Assembly: GCA_017520825.1 (NCBI GenBank)
Contig: JAFXEX010000014.1
Span: 69,118-133,117 of the forward strand
Length of the DNA stretch: 64,000 nt
Reading direction: 5' to 3'
Source: Clostridia bacterium
GTDB lineage: Bacteria > Bacillota > Clostridia > Oscillospirales > SIG627
Positions 63,955-64,000 of this stretch are shown here, piece by piece. A program made the translations under genes and the position numbers. Every line of letters starts with the position of its first letter. Within the stretch, counting starts at the first letter, position 1. A model generated the notes under the pieces. It did not search any database, was not told the DNA's origin, and saw only the letters and a program-made list of their open reading frames with translations.

Positions 63955-64000
63955 GGCTTCATATTTGGGCTAAAACCGAAAATGAAAAACAAATAAAGTT
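63955..64000 (-). mobile_element. L element copy 9 (Lb subtype), truncated by the window end
   Basis: GGCTTCATATTTGGGCTAAAACCGAAAATGAAAAACAAATAAAGTT starts 9 nt after the spoIIE stop. Confidence 0.75.

Overview
This 64-kb window appears to come from a spore-forming, PolC-type Firmicute that looks Clostridia-like. The markers are polC, spoIIE, a glgB-C-D-A-P operon, the darA-holB-ricT cluster, and the pyrH-frr-uppS-cdsA-dxr-rseP-ispG-polC block. All calls are made by eye from the sequence and the ORF track. No searches or computations were run, and repeat boundaries are accurate to roughly +/-10 nt.

The window has two parts:

1. nt 1 to ~9630 is a visibly AT-rich accessory island. It abuts the 3' end of a tRNA-Glu(CUC) gene (9633-9707, minus strand). 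All its genes are on the plus strand:
- a 5'-truncated SbcC/Rad50-like ATPase;
- a tight three-gene set: a protein with a HEPN-like R-x4-H motif, a 69-aa protein, and a 436-aa coiled-coil protein;
- a roughly 1.1-kb decayed or non-coding stretch;
- a tight four-gene operon: a 445-aa coiled-coil paralog, a radical-SAM/SPASM protein lacking CX3CX2C, an acidic protein starting ...FVTNSSSSSF, and an acidic BRCT-domain protein.
I cannot assign this gene combination to any system I know. It is my best candidate for an undescribed conflict (defence or anti-defence) module.

2. nt ~9700-64000 is higher-GC core genome with ordinary housekeeping genes. Nearly every intergenic gap, however, is filled by a mosaic of repeats:
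- a ~240-bp MITE-like element (here called L), with at least 9 full or partial copies and imperfect terminal inverted repeats;
- a ~105-bp element (N), with 2 copies, one of them nested inside an L copy;
- arrays of short, sequence-diverse hairpins with GAA/AAA-type triloops (the GCGAAGC mini-hairpin type);
- flanking 7-nt ATTGNNN tandem repeats.
These elements touch ribosome-binding sites, donate the last codons of at least two genes, and punctuate the glycogen operon.

Two further observations stand out. A Met/Cys-rich 20-codon leader ORF with terminator/antiterminator pairings lies upstream of metY-metA, where I found no S-box-like sequence. Three direct repeats phased at 33 bp lie upstream of one of two tandemly duplicated orphan solute-binding lipoprotein genes.
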